A stretch of DNA of 64,000 bases. Source: an uncultured archaeon (GTDB lineage: Archaea > Micrarchaeota > Micrarchaeia > Micrarchaeales > CABMGC01). The stretch lies in assembly GCA_963704435.1 (NCBI GenBank), contig OY969902.1, positions 652,544 through 716,543 on the forward strand, written 5' to 3'. The position numbers were made by a program, and so were the translations under genes. This document shows, piece by piece, positions 37,401-45,311 of this stretch. The notes beneath the pieces are model-generated. The model saw only the letters and a program-made list of their open reading frames with translations, did not search any database and was not told the DNA's origin. Position 1 is the first letter of the stretch; every line of letters begins with the position of its first letter.

Positions 37401-38334
37401 TAATGGTTCCCGCACCCCACGCCGGATTCTCTGTGAAGGTAAAGGTATTGGACGTCACGGAATTGACATAAAGCACGTTGTTTCCTACCGGACCCACAGC
37501 GTTGTAGACGAGGAAGTTATAGGTATAGGGAGTCACTCCGCTGATAACGTTTGCGGTTATCGTCTGAATCTGGTTAGCGTCTATGTAGGTCCGGGCATTG
37601 GTGAAGGAATTTGATGTCACGCCCTGGAACACGTAGGCGGCTATCGAAATTACTGTGTTTGAAGCCGGCGTCGGCGCTGGCGCGATTGCATTGGCCGAAT
37701 AGGTTCCTATCGCCAATGCGTTCACTGCGACCATCGCAGAGAGCACGTTGCCGTTCAGGGAGTTCACCGTCGCAATGAAGTTTCCAGGGGCGTTTGTCGT
37801 ATACGCGGTGAGGGCATTTCCCGCAGAGGCGAACGCGATCAGCACGAAGCTGTTGCTCGTAGTGACTGTGTAGGTGAGGCTCAATGTATTTGAGGATATG
37901 GAGTTGGCTGTGTTCGCGGAGAAGACTCTCGCGTTGGAGTAGATTTCGTTGACTCCGAAGCCAGTGAGGACGAGGTTATACGAGCCACCCCCGACGGGAG
38001 TATTGGCAAAGAAGTTACCGACATAACCTCCAAGGGCGTTGTAGCCTATGCTTGTGGCATTGAAAACCGAAGTGCTCCCTGAGCCGAGCGCGTTGGAAGC
38101 GGTGTTGGAGGAAATCCAGTTGCTCGCAGCAGTCGTGACGCCGCTGCCTATTGCTGTCATAGCTCCGCTCCAAAAGTATGTCGTCTGGCCCGAAGTCATT
38201 GTCAACTGGAGAGAGTTCGACGTCGTGGTATTCGCGGTTCCTACGACATAGAATACGCTCGCCTGTGACCATTCAGCGAGGGAGAACAGCATAATTACAA
38301 CAAGAAATAATGCTCTCCGCAGCTTATTCTCCAT
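34468..38334 (-). CDS. Giant secreted, C-terminally anchored repeat protein (S-layer/adhesin-like), seven ~100-aa YTYNFLVYN modules
   Basis: Signal-like N-terminus MENKLRRALFLVVIMLFSLAEWSQA. Seven occurrences of (P/S)(Y/F)TYNFLVYN about 100 aa apart, and many N-x-S/T sequons. C-terminal TM YYAAAAVAAVAVILLVAYLF, then RRKRKKERK and a His-rich tail HGTHHAHASHS. Confidence 0.85.
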   Translation of the reverse strand: MENKLRRALFLVVIMLFSLAEWSQASVFYVVGTANTTTSNSLQLTMTSGQTTYFWSGAMTAIGSGVTTAASNWISSNTASNALGSGSTSVFNATSIGYNALGGYVGNFFANTPVGGGSYNLVLTGFGVNEIYSNARVFSANTANSISSNTLSLTYTVTTSNSFVLIAFASAGNALTAYTTNAPGNFIATVNSLNGNVLSAMVAVNALAIGTYSANAIAPAPTPASNTVISIAAYVFQGVTSNSFTNARTYIDANQIQTITANVISGVTPYTYNFLVYNAVGPVGNNVLYVNSVTSNTFTFTENPAWGAGTITVNIIITDKIGVNSVNTMTYTSYNILAPTVVSTNALADAGQIVVFNGIANGGRSPYTYNFLVYNGMTLVGNMLYTGIAGAFNAFGFNTIGNSGNVIFGNVIITDSATSNAIANSVNTITTVNAMLLSASWTANTYVDIGQKQILTATVSGGTLSYTYNFLVYNSLTFTPANVVYSANWISASVTNTLTFTQGSTAGTYTANLIVTDRATTNVVVTNTITFTVYNTLAPTMVSTNALADAGQIVVFNGISNGGRAPYTYNFLVYNGMTLVGNMLYTGIAGAFNAFGFNTIGNSGNVIFGNVIITDSATSNAIANSVNTITTVNAMLLSASWTANTYVDIGQKQILTATVSGGTLSYTYNFLVYNSLTFTPANVVYSANWISASVTNTLTFTQGSTAGTYTANLIVTDRATTNVVVTNTITFTVYNTLAPTMVSTNALADAGQIVVFNGISNGGRAPYTYNFLVYNGMTLVGNMLYTGVAGAFNAFGFNTIGNSGNVIFGNVIITDSATANAIANSVNTITTVNAMLTSSLLSESGAVIYPNQYQTLTTAVTGGIPSFTYNFLVYNPSGALSYSNLYTTSLATGTFTFLQGATSGTYTANIIVTDSATANVIVTNTISYVAAATTTILPVSTGGTGVVPNGASQVPTVSAYLKGNQTGYTILNFSNANQETLNVSKAQFGITLNYITPSSVGVTINGQSLTLAPGSPTLVTSQGGLTYYAKLNSISYLPLVQTASVSVYAQSNSTAIPVTTIPVVGSNATRINVTGIASSVLLNLSNSKPCIVNMNKGRAIFSIQSSQPGEFKIITSNITSANTPPMANHLLVAAVMINATRNGTLNSTQKTVLNILTSLKYNCTLPSSEIAPYLLSNGTWKAIAPFSVNASSCMVSFNITEDPVIALFEQSQPASTTVTTVTPTTTARTVATPVSQNAGQLYYAAAAVAAVAVILLVAYLFRRKRKKERKSEGNVFAHGTHHAHASHS
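35822..37330. repeat. In-frame tandem repeat, 600-bp period, about 2.5 copies, inside the surface-protein gene
   Basis: Line-by-line comparison shows 35978-36597 identical to 36578-37197 (620 bp, no mismatch seen). Flanking partial copies (35822-35977 and 37198-37330) have scattered substitutions. Track ORFs 36079..36528 and 36679..37128 give identical peptides. Confidence 0.9.
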
Positions 38335-38376
38335 CTTATCGCGCTCAAGGCCTCCTTCAGTCGTAATATTAGGTCA

Positions 38377-38388
38377 ATTTATATAAAT
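38377..38388 (-). promoter_or_regulatory. Candidate TATA box for the surface-protein gene
   Basis: Palindromic ATTTATATAAAT lies 43-54 nt upstream of the ATG at 38334, with GGAGG between them. Confidence 0.35.
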
Positions 38389-38472
38389 CACATGCTTGGC
38401 AACAGAATAAACTTGCAAGTTGTCTCGCATGAATGCCTGGCCACTCTCTTATGACTGAATTGCAAAAGTAGG

Positions 38473-38572
38473 CGCCGGGATTGGGATTCGAACCCAAACT
38501 GCCCGCAAGGGCAACCAGATCTCGAGTTTCGCCACAAATTACTGGCGCGTTACCTGGTTCCGCCATCCCGGC
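38473..38572 (-). tRNA. tRNA-Ser(CGA), type II, with a ~14-nt intron in the 5' strand of the anticodon stem (about position 30/31)
   Basis: The reverse complement reads GCCGGGA-TG-GCG...CGC-G-CCAG[TAATTTGTGGCGAA]A-CTCGAGA-TCTGG, variable arm GCCC-TTGC-GGGC, T-arm TTGGG-TTCGAAT-CCCAA, acceptor TCCCGGC and discriminator G. The stem CCAGA/TCTGG forms only after the insert is removed. Confidence 0.75.
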
Positions 38573-38673
38573 ACAACAGCTCTCTTATCAGCGGTAATTA
38601 ATATTTTTATCCAATCCTATTTATCTACCTGCGTTTGCCTGATGGCTGGCTTAAGCCGATGCATTGTGGTTCG

Positions 38674-40239
38674 ATGGATAAGTCTTTCGTAAGGAGCATG
38701 CTTCCGCGGCTGCTGATAATGGTATTTTTCATCGTGCTCTCCGCGGTCGGGATAATATTCTCCGCCTTCCTGCTGCTTACCGCGCAGAGCGATTACATGC
38801 GCCTGCTTGCGGTGTGCTTCGGCGCCCTGTCCGCGATATCCGGATTCCTGAACGTCGTGTCCGCTAATTTCTATTACCACTCCTACTTCTACGACTCCTA
38901 TCTGGCAGAGCTGAAGAAGAGGCTCAAACCCACGCGCGCGTATCCGAGCGTGGCCATCGCGATTCCCGTGTACAACGAGGATCCGGCTATGGTCGCGCGC
39001 AACCTGAAGAGGCTGAAGGAGCTAGACTACGCGAAGGGAAGGGTGAACTACTATCTGCTCGACGACTCTACAAATCCCGACACGAGGAGCAGCATCGAGG
39101 CATTGGCCCGGGAGAGCGGCGCGGGATACCTGCACCGGGACGTCAGGTCTGGGTTCAAGGCGGGCGCGCTGAACAACCTCTTGAACGGTCTGAGCGAGGA
39201 GTTCATCGCGGTCTTCGACGCCGACGAGCATCTGACTGACAGGAACTTCCTCAAGGACCTGCTTCCATATTTCCAGGACAGGAGAGTCGCGTTCGTGCAA
39301 ACCGAGAAGAGGTACGCGAAGGGGACGTTCTTCTCGGACAGCATCGACCTTTTCGACGCAATATTCTTCAAGTTCATACAGACGTCTAGGGCGCTGCACG
39401 GCACCGCGATCTTCGGAGGCTCGTGCGGGATCATAAGGGTCTCGGCGCTGAGGGCGATGGGTGGGTTCCCCGAGTTCATAACCGAGGACACGTTCTTCAG
39501 CTTCGAGTCGGACATGAACTCATTCAAGAGCGTCTACGTGCCGAAGGTCTACGCGCTCGGAAGGCCGATAACCACCTTCACCGACCTCGCGAGGCAGCAG
39601 TGGCGCTACAACTACGGGGATACGCAGTTCCTGCTCTACATGTTCAACGTGTTCAACAGGAGCGAGCGCGGGAAGAAGCGGGCCATGCCGGCCGTGTCGA
39701 AGATAGACTACATGGCCCACGGCTTCGGGCTCAACTACCTATCCGTGGTGCTCATAATGTTCACGCTGGTGTCGATGCTGACCGTCCTCTCGGCTGCGCC
39801 CTTCGCGTTCGTCTCCCTGCAGCAGATACTGCTCATGAAGTATCCTGTGGTGAACATGGAGATCCTTGCCCTACTGACGTTCTCGCTCTCGCTGCTCACG
39901 CCTGCAGTGATAACGAAGGTCTATTTCGGCTCCTTCTCGAAGGGCGTGATGGTGTTCGTGCTCAACTTCGCGCTCTCGTTCACCCGGCTCAGGGCAGCCA
40001 TCGCCGCGGTGCTCAACAACAACCCGGTCCGGAGCTGGATAAAGGGCGATGGCCTGAGGAGCGGAAGGAGGATGGCAGTGTCCCTGAGCAACTCGGCCGC
40101 GGAGCTGGCGTTCTCCGGAATCCTCTTCGTTGGCGGAATGGTGGCCCTTGTCGCGAGCAACCTGTCGGGCGCGCTGTGGCTATTCTGGTACGCGGCGCTC
40201 TACAGCACGACGTTCATTTTCTTCTTCAAGTACGGGTAG
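38674..40239 (+). CDS. Processive family 2 glycosyltransferase (cellulose/chitin/hyaluronan-synthase-like), polytopic
   Basis: IPVYNED, LLDDST, FDADEH, QTEK, EDTFFS, and QQWRYNYG (Q-x-x-RW-like). TM segments lie at both ends. The start is uncertain between 38635 and 38674. Confidence 0.85.
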   Translation: MDKSFVRSMLPRLLIMVFFIVLSAVGIIFSAFLLLTAQSDYMRLLAVCFGALSAISGFLNVVSANFYYHSYFYDSYLAELKKRLKPTRAYPSVAIAIPVYNEDPAMVARNLKRLKELDYAKGRVNYYLLDDSTNPDTRSSIEALARESGAGYLHRDVRSGFKAGALNNLLNGLSEEFIAVFDADEHLTDRNFLKDLLPYFQDRRVAFVQTEKRYAKGTFFSDSIDLFDAIFFKFIQTSRALHGTAIFGGSCGIIRVSALRAMGGFPEFITEDTFFSFESDMNSFKSVYVPKVYALGRPITTFTDLARQQWRYNYGDTQFLLYMFNVFNRSERGKKRAMPAVSKIDYMAHGFGLNYLSVVLIMFTLVSMLTVLSAAPFAFVSLQQILLMKYPVVNMEILALLTFSLSLLTPAVITKVYFGSFSKGVMVFVLNFALSFTRLRAAIAAVLNNNPVRSWIKGDGLRSGRRMAVSLSNSAAELAFSGILFVGGMVALVASNLSGALWLFWYAALYSTTFIFFFKYG

Positions 40240-40245
40240 TTTGGT

Positions 40246-40554
40246 ATGATCTTCATCAAGAAATACACGACCGATAACGGCGACCTAGTCGCGATGTGCG
40301 ACGAGGAGCTGCTGGGCCGGGTGCTAAGCGGGGGGAAGATCGTCGTAGACCTCGCGAGGTACGCGTCGTTCTACAAGGGAGAGCTCATAAGCGAGCCCGA
40401 GGCGAAAAAGAGGATCAGCGCGGAGGACATCTTCTCGGCGAACGTCGTGGGCGAGAGGTCCGTGGCGGTGCTCGTAGAGCTGGGAATCGTTACCCGCGGC
40501 AGCGTCGTGATGCTGGGCGAGGTTCCCTTCATCCAGGTGTACAAGACCGCCTAG
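40246..40554 (+). CDS. DUF424-like small protein
   Basis: 102 aa. LVAMCDEELLGRVL...GELISEPEA resembles archaeal DUF424, recalled from memory. Confidence 0.45.
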   Translation: MIFIKKYTTDNGDLVAMCDEELLGRVLSGGKIVVDLARYASFYKGELISEPEAKKRISAEDIFSANVVGERSVAVLVELGIVTRGSVVMLGEVPFIQVYKTA

Positions 40555-40559
40555 CCGCG

Positions 40560-40895
40560 CTACTCCTTGAGCCGGATTATCGCTTCGGCCATGTCCCCTT
40601 GGGTCTCCTCAAGGGCCTTCCTGGCGGCCTCGGCGTCCGCGCCAGTCTGCTCCTGCACGAACTTCACATCGTCGTCGCTTATCTCCACAGCTACCCTGTC
40701 GACCTCGCTTATCCTGCCGGTTATCTGGAATGTCCTCATCCCCTGGCCCTCTATGAGGGTGACCTCGGGCTCCTCGACCACTATGTCCTTGTCGCCGCAC
40801 TCTATGACGACCCTCTTGCTCGCTATGCTACTGCTCTTTATGCCGAGCTTGTCGAGCATGCCCTTGAGGGCCCTCGGATCCATTGCTGGGAACAC
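40560..40895 (-). CDS. nac: Nascent polypeptide-associated complex protein (NAC alpha homolog)
   Basis: NAC domain KRVVIECGDKDIVVEEPEVTLIEGQGMRTFQITG plus a C-terminal UBA-like region EEARKALEETQGDMAEAIIRL. Confidence 0.9.
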   Translation of the reverse strand: MFPAMDPRALKGMLDKLGIKSSSIASKRVVIECGDKDIVVEEPEVTLIEGQGMRTFQITGRISEVDRVAVEISDDDVKFVQEQTGADAEAARKALEETQGDMAEAIIRLKE

Positions 40896-40960
40896 TATCG
40901 CACCTGCTGGGGTTCGGTCGGGGTTGAAGGCGCCGGGCGGACGTATCCGCCCAGGCGGAA

Positions 40961-41260
40961 TCAGCCGAACAGGCTGGCAAGCCCGCTGGCGGCCTCCTCC
41001 TCGCTCTTCTTCTCCTCTTCCTTCTTGTGCTTCTCCTCCTTCGCGGCAGGGGCAGCGGCGGCCGCTGCAGGCGCAGCCTGCATGACCTGGGCGTTCTTTA
41101 TCACTTCCTTTATGTTAACGCCCTTGAGGGAGCTGACAACCGACTTCGCCATCGCTTCATCGGGCGCCATGCCCGCAGCCTTTATGACGCTCTTTATGTT
41201 CTCTTCGTTCAATTCCTTTCCCGCTGCATCCAATAGAAGAGCGGCGTATATGTATTCCAT
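40961..41260 (-). CDS. rpl12: 50S ribosomal stalk protein P1 (aL12)
   Basis: [22 protein letters not shown]..., an Ala-rich hinge, an acidic block and the canonical tail GLASLFG. The start is set at the ATG at 41260. Confidence 0.9.
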   Translation of the reverse strand: MEYIYAALLLDAAGKELNEENIKSVIKAAGMAPDEAMAKSVVSSLKGVNIKEVIKNAQVMQAAPAAAAAAPAAKEEKHKKEEEKKSEEEAASGLASLFG

Positions 41261-41285
41261 AAATTCACCTAATCGTAAACTGCAA

Positions 41286-42131
41286 TCATTCCTCGGCACC
41301 GGATTCGGCCGATACCGCGTCCGCCTGGGCGGCCGCGTTGGCCAGTAGCATCTTCGTTATCTCGGGCTCCGGTATCTTCGCCTCCATCCCGAGCGCAAGG
41401 GCGCTCCTGTACGCGCGCGCCGTAAGGATCTCCGCGTTGTACCTGTTGACCATCCCGATCTCGATGCTGAGCGCGAGCGCCTCCCTGAAGATCCTCGTCG
41501 CCTCGCGCCTGACGAAGTCCTCGTCCATGCCCAGCGCCGCCTCCCCGTACAGCAGCCCGCCGGAGAGCGCGACCTTCAGCTTCGGCGCGACCTCGAACGG
41601 CTTTATGTCGAGTATCTTGAGCGCGTTCGCGACAGCCCCGCTTATCTTCTCGCCCTTCTTCACGAGCACCTTGCCCTTCGCGATGACGACCTTGCCCTTG
41701 TCTATCTTCACGTCGATTCCGCCGGCCTTCAGGTCGGTCACGGTCTGGCCCGGAGCCACGCTGGTCTCGCCCGGCTCTATGCTTATGTCCTCAGGGGAGA
41801 CCTGGTTCGGCTTCGCGGCCAGCTTGAGCCTGTTGGCGCGAATCATGTTGTAGAGCTCCATCGGCTCCCCGTTTGAAAGTATAAGCGCGACGTTGCCTGA
41901 AAGGTCGCCTGAGAGCTTCTCGAACCCGCTCTCGCTCAGCGCCCTGCTGAGCAGCGTCTTCCTGGCTATGACCATCTTCGAGCCGTGCTTGAGCTCGTTC
42001 CTCACCTTCTGCAGCAGCCGGTCGGGTATCCCCTCGGTCGCCATGACCGCGATGGTCTTGTGCGACTTGAGCTCGCTCTTGAGCCTGTCAACGAGTTCAA
42101 CCTTCTGGGCCTTTATCATCGTCATGTTCAC
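41286..42131 (-). CDS. rpl10: 50S ribosomal protein uL10 (P0), short form without stalk tail
   Basis: [38 protein letters not shown] is typical of the uL10 N-terminus. The protein is 281 aa and ends ...[10 protein letters not shown] with no LFG tail. Confidence 0.9.
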   Translation of the reverse strand: MNMTMIKAQKVELVDRLKSELKSHKTIAVMATEGIPDRLLQKVRNELKHGSKMVIARKTLLSRALSESGFEKLSGDLSGNVALILSNGEPMELYNMIRANRLKLAAKPNQVSPEDISIEPGETSVAPGQTVTDLKAGGIDVKIDKGKVVIAKGKVLVKKGEKISGAVANALKILDIKPFEVAPKLKVALSGGLLYGEAALGMDEDFVRREATRIFREALALSIEIGMVNRYNAEILTARAYRSALALGMEAKIPEPEITKMLLANAAAQADAVSAESGAEE

Positions 42132-42766
42132 ACCAGCTTCAGGGGCTTGCTCATCGTAAGCTTGACGTAGACCGACCTTACGTGGTGGACTCCGGCCTTC
42201 TTGGTCACGCTCCCGACGACCTCCTTTATGTTGTCAAACGTCTTCCTTGCTTCCATCTTCTCGCTCCCGACCACGCAGTGCACCGTAGGCAGGAACTTGC
42301 CCTTGTTCTTTATCGGTATGCTCCTGTTTATCTCGTTGGACATCTTGGTCAGGTCCTGGATGTTGGGCAGCGGCTTCGGCATCTTGTTCCTGGGCCCCAG
42401 GAATGGACCGAGGTACCTGGCTATCGTAGGCATGAGGCTCATCTGCGAAACGAGCACGTACTTCAGCAGCGATGCCAGCTTCTCCTTGTCGTTGGCCATC
42501 CCCGCTATGGCGCTGCCCTCTATCACTTCTATCCCGCTGGCGCGCGCCTTCTCCACGAGGTCCTTGTCGGTCGCGAAGATCGCTATCTTGCTCTCCTTGC
42601 CCTTCCCGTTGGGAAGCGTTATGTCAAGGTTGAGCCGGTTGTTGGGCTTCGTGAAATCGAGGCCCCTGAAGTTTATCGCGAGCTCCACGCTCTGCTCGAA
42701 CTTCCTCTTGCCCCGGTTCTCCTCCAGGAACTTCTCGAACTCGGCGTATCGGTCTTCAAGTGCCAT
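42128..42766 (-). CDS. rpl1: 50S ribosomal protein uL1
   Basis: FEQSVELAINFRGLDFTKPNNRLNLDITLPNGKGK. A 4-nt overlap with uL10. Confidence 0.9.
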   Translation of the reverse strand: MALEDRYAEFEKFLEENRGKRKFEQSVELAINFRGLDFTKPNNRLNLDITLPNGKGKESKIAIFATDKDLVEKARASGIEVIEGSAIAGMANDKEKLASLLKYVLVSQMSLMPTIARYLGPFLGPRNKMPKPLPNIQDLTKMSNEINRSIPIKNKGKFLPTVHCVVGSEKMEARKTFDNIKEVVGSVTKKAGVHHVRSVYVKLTMSKPLKLV

Positions 42767-42861
42767 GTAACCCCTCCTGCATAATGCAGTGCTTGCGGGA
42801 AAACAAGTAAGAATAATTTGCCAGAGAAGGAATAAATAGCTTTTGCAACGCGCCGCGAGTT

Positions 42862-42879
42862 GCGCGGCCGGGGCCGCGC
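42862..42879. repeat. Perfect GC inverted repeat (possible terminator/insulator hairpin)
   Basis: GCGCGGCC-GG-GGCCGCGC lies 7 nt downstream of the stop of the 42886..43797 gene and upstream of the uL1 operon. Confidence 0.4.
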
Positions 42880-42885
42880 AATCGG

Positions 42886-43797
42886 TTATGCGACCTCCAG
42901 CCTCCCATCGCCGTAAGACCTTAGACTTCCTACAAGCATCATCAGCAGCTCCTCTCTCTGGCCTTCATCGACTATGCCTACCTTTTTCGCCGCACCTCGC
43001 ACGTAGCTCTGCAGGTTTGTCCCCACATACCTGCCCCACTTTCTCATCTGTTCCGGATATTTCTCATAATCCCTCCTATATGGCTCTGGCACGCTGCTCG
43101 CGATGGCAGTTGCCTTTTCCTCGCCTTTCTCGATTATGCTCATGGCTACGGGCAGGATTTCGTCCTTCAGGTTCTTCGGGTCGTTTAGGTACTCGATTGC
43201 AATCGGGTAGACGACCCCCCTTATCCGCTTTTCTACACAGGCTACCGCATTGACCTGCGTCGCGATAAGGTAGCTTAGGCTTGTTATGTTCATCTTCCTG
43301 CCCTGCACTGTTACCGTCTGGAAGGGCTCCATCAGCCTTTTGTCCACAGGTATCACTCCGACGCCAGTGCCTTCGGTGAAGATGTCGACTTTGCCCAAGA
43401 AATCCATACTACCCTTTCCCCCAGAAAGCTTGATCTCAGTGAGCGGGGATTCGATGTTTATGGTGGTCGGCTCTCCCATCGTGCCATACCTTACGAGATG
43501 GTGCAGTATCAGATGCTGCTCCTCTACCGTAAGCCCGCACCTTTTTGCGACATTTTCCACCTTCTCCCTGGTAGCGATGATGTCCGCATCGACCGAGTAG
43601 CGCAGATATGGGCCGAGCTCCTTTGGCGTAAGCAATTTTATCGGGGTGCTTCCGACGTAATATATTTCGCCCATCAAGTCAGGCCTGCCCAAATCGCATG
43701 TCTTTAGGGCTATGTCCAGCTCAGCTCGGTGCGCCATATTTTCAATCGCCAATCCACCACGCATAATATGATTTACGTTTCCGACGTTTATAAGCAT
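42886..43797 (-). CDS. Hypothetical protein with a nucleotidyltransferase-fold signature (AbiEii/DUF1814-like)
   Basis: YYVGSTPIKLL...(12 aa)...LRYSVDADIIA fits the G[GS]-x(n)-RxSxDxD minimal NTase motif of AbiEii-type proteins. The rest of the protein was not recognised. Confidence 0.5.
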   Translation of the reverse strand: MLINVGNVNHIMRGGLAIENMAHRAELDIALKTCDLGRPDLMGEIYYVGSTPIKLLTPKELGPYLRYSVDADIIATREKVENVAKRCGLTVEEQHLILHHLVRYGTMGEPTTINIESPLTEIKLSGGKGSMDFLGKVDIFTEGTGVGVIPVDKRLMEPFQTVTVQGRKMNITSLSYLIATQVNAVACVEKRIRGVVYPIAIEYLNDPKNLKDEILPVAMSIIEKGEEKATAIASSVPEPYRRDYEKYPEQMRKWGRYVGTNLQSYVRGAAKKVGIVDEGQREELLMMLVGSLRSYGDGRLEVA

Positions 43798-44039
43798 TTT
43801 TCAGTATATTTTCTGGCCTGCAGGCATTAAACTGTAAGAAATGCTTCTTAAGCATTCCGTGCGAGCTTGCATTGGACTCACCCGCGCCTTCCCTGGCAGT
43901 TCTGGCCAGCGCCGGAAGCTACCGTCGATTTCCATACAAACCTTTAAATAAGTTCTTTGGCAATAACCATATTGACTAGGGGCGCGTCCTCTAATTCTGC
44001 GCGCTGACTTAATCACATCATACTTAATCGGTAGATTTT

Positions 44040-45311
44040 ATGGCAGAGAAACCGCACATGAATTTGATCTTCATAGGGCACGTCGACCACGGAAAGTCGA
44101 CCACAGTGGGAAGGCTCCTCTACGACACCGGAGCCGTGAGCGAGCAGGACATGAAGAAGATGAAGGACGAGGCGCTGAAGCTGAACAAGCCAACGTTCGA
44201 GTTCGCGTTCTTCATGGACGAGCTGAAGGAAGAGAGGGAGAGGGGAATCACGATAGACATAGCCCACAAGGACTTCAAGACCGCGAAGTACTACTTCACG
44301 ATAATCGACGCCCCTGGCCACAAGGACTTCGTAAAGAACATGATCACCGGAGCCAGCCAGGCAGACGCTGCGGTCCTGGTAGTCGCAGCCCCCGAGGGAC
44401 CCCAGTCGCAGACCAGGGAGCATGCGTTCCTCGCGAAGGTCCTTGGAGTCAACCAGCTCATAGTCGGGATCAACAAGATGGATGCTTGCAACTACGACAG
44501 GCAGAAGTACGAGGATGCCAAGCAGAAGCTGACGACGATGCTGAAGGCGATAGGCTACGACGTGACGAAGATACCTTTCATACCCTACTCCGCATACACC
44601 GACGAGAACGTCTCGAAGGGGAGCGAGAAGATGAACTGGTACAGCGGACCGACGATACTTGCCGCGCTCGACAACCTGGTAGTGCCGCCTAAGCCCACGG
44701 ACAAGCCGCTGAGGCTGCCGATCCAGGACGTTTACAGCGTATCTGGCTTCGGGACCGTTCCTGTAGGGAGGGTCGAGACAGGGATAATGAGGCCGGGAGA
44801 CCAGATAATAATAATGCCAGGCGGTGTCAGGACCGACGTCAAGAGCATCGAGATGCACCACCAGCAGCTTGAGAAGGCCGAGCCCGGAGACAACATCGGG
44901 TTCAACATAAAGGGCGTAGACAAGAAGCTCATAAGGAGGGGAGACGTAGTCGGCCCTGCCAGCAACCCGCCTACGGTAGCGGAGGAGTTCACGGCGCAAA
45001 TCGTCGTGATAGACCACCCGACCGCGATAGCGCCGGGATACAGCCCTGTGTTCCACATACACACGATGCAGATGGCGGCCACGATAACCGAGATACTTGA
45101 GAAGAAGGACCCGAAGACCGGCCAGACGCTGCAGAAGAACCCCGAGTTCATAAAGACAGGCGACGTGGCGATCGTGAAGGTGAAGCCGAGCAAGCCCGCC
45201 GTAGTCGAGAAATACAGTGAGTTCCCGCCTTTGGGCAGGTTCGCGATAAGGGACATGGGTCAGACGGTCGCAGCCGGCGTAGTCCTTGATGTTGTGAAGA
45301 AGGCGGCTTGA
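44040..45311 (+). CDS. tuf: Translation elongation factor EF-1 alpha
   Basis: GHVDHGKST, DAPGHKDF, NKMD. Full length, 423 aa. Confidence 0.97.
   Translation: MAEKPHMNLIFIGHVDHGKSTTVGRLLYDTGAVSEQDMKKMKDEALKLNKPTFEFAFFMDELKEERERGITIDIAHKDFKTAKYYFTIIDAPGHKDFVKNMITGASQADAAVLVVAAPEGPQSQTREHAFLAKVLGVNQLIVGINKMDACNYDRQKYEDAKQKLTTMLKAIGYDVTKIPFIPYSAYTDENVSKGSEKMNWYSGPTILAALDNLVVPPKPTDKPLRLPIQDVYSVSGFGTVPVGRVETGIMRPGDQIIIMPGGVRTDVKSIEMHHQQLEKAEPGDNIGFNIKGVDKKLIRRGDVVGPASNPPTVAEEFTAQIVVIDHPTAIAPGYSPVFHIHTMQMAATITEILEKKDPKTGQTLQKNPEFIKTGDVAIVKVKPSKPAVVEKYSEFPPLGRFAIRDMGQTVAAGVVLDVVKKAA

Noticed and set aside
38369-38566. A 65-aa ORF upstream of the surface-protein gene.
   Set aside because: It is almost entirely the reverse complement of tRNA-Ser(CGA).
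42767-42850. A possible uL1 autoregulatory mRNA site in the rpl1 leader (CTGCA-TAA-TGCAG hairpin).
   Set aside because: L1 feedback sites are known in methanogens. I cannot match a consensus by eye, so only a short palindrome is supported.
43801-44016. A 71-aa ORF immediately upstream of the NTase-like gene, considered as a possible AbiEi-type antitoxin.
   Set aside because: The sequence is Arg/Cys-rich and shows no HTH pattern. It lies in the EF-1alpha promoter region, so a coding role is not supportable.
43798-44039. A possible small ncRNA in the 242-bp gap (hairpins AATGCTT-ctt-AAGCATT and CTGGC...GCCAG).
   Set aside because: These are short hairpins with no match to any RNA family I can recognise. 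The gap more likely holds promoter or terminator elements for the flanking genes.
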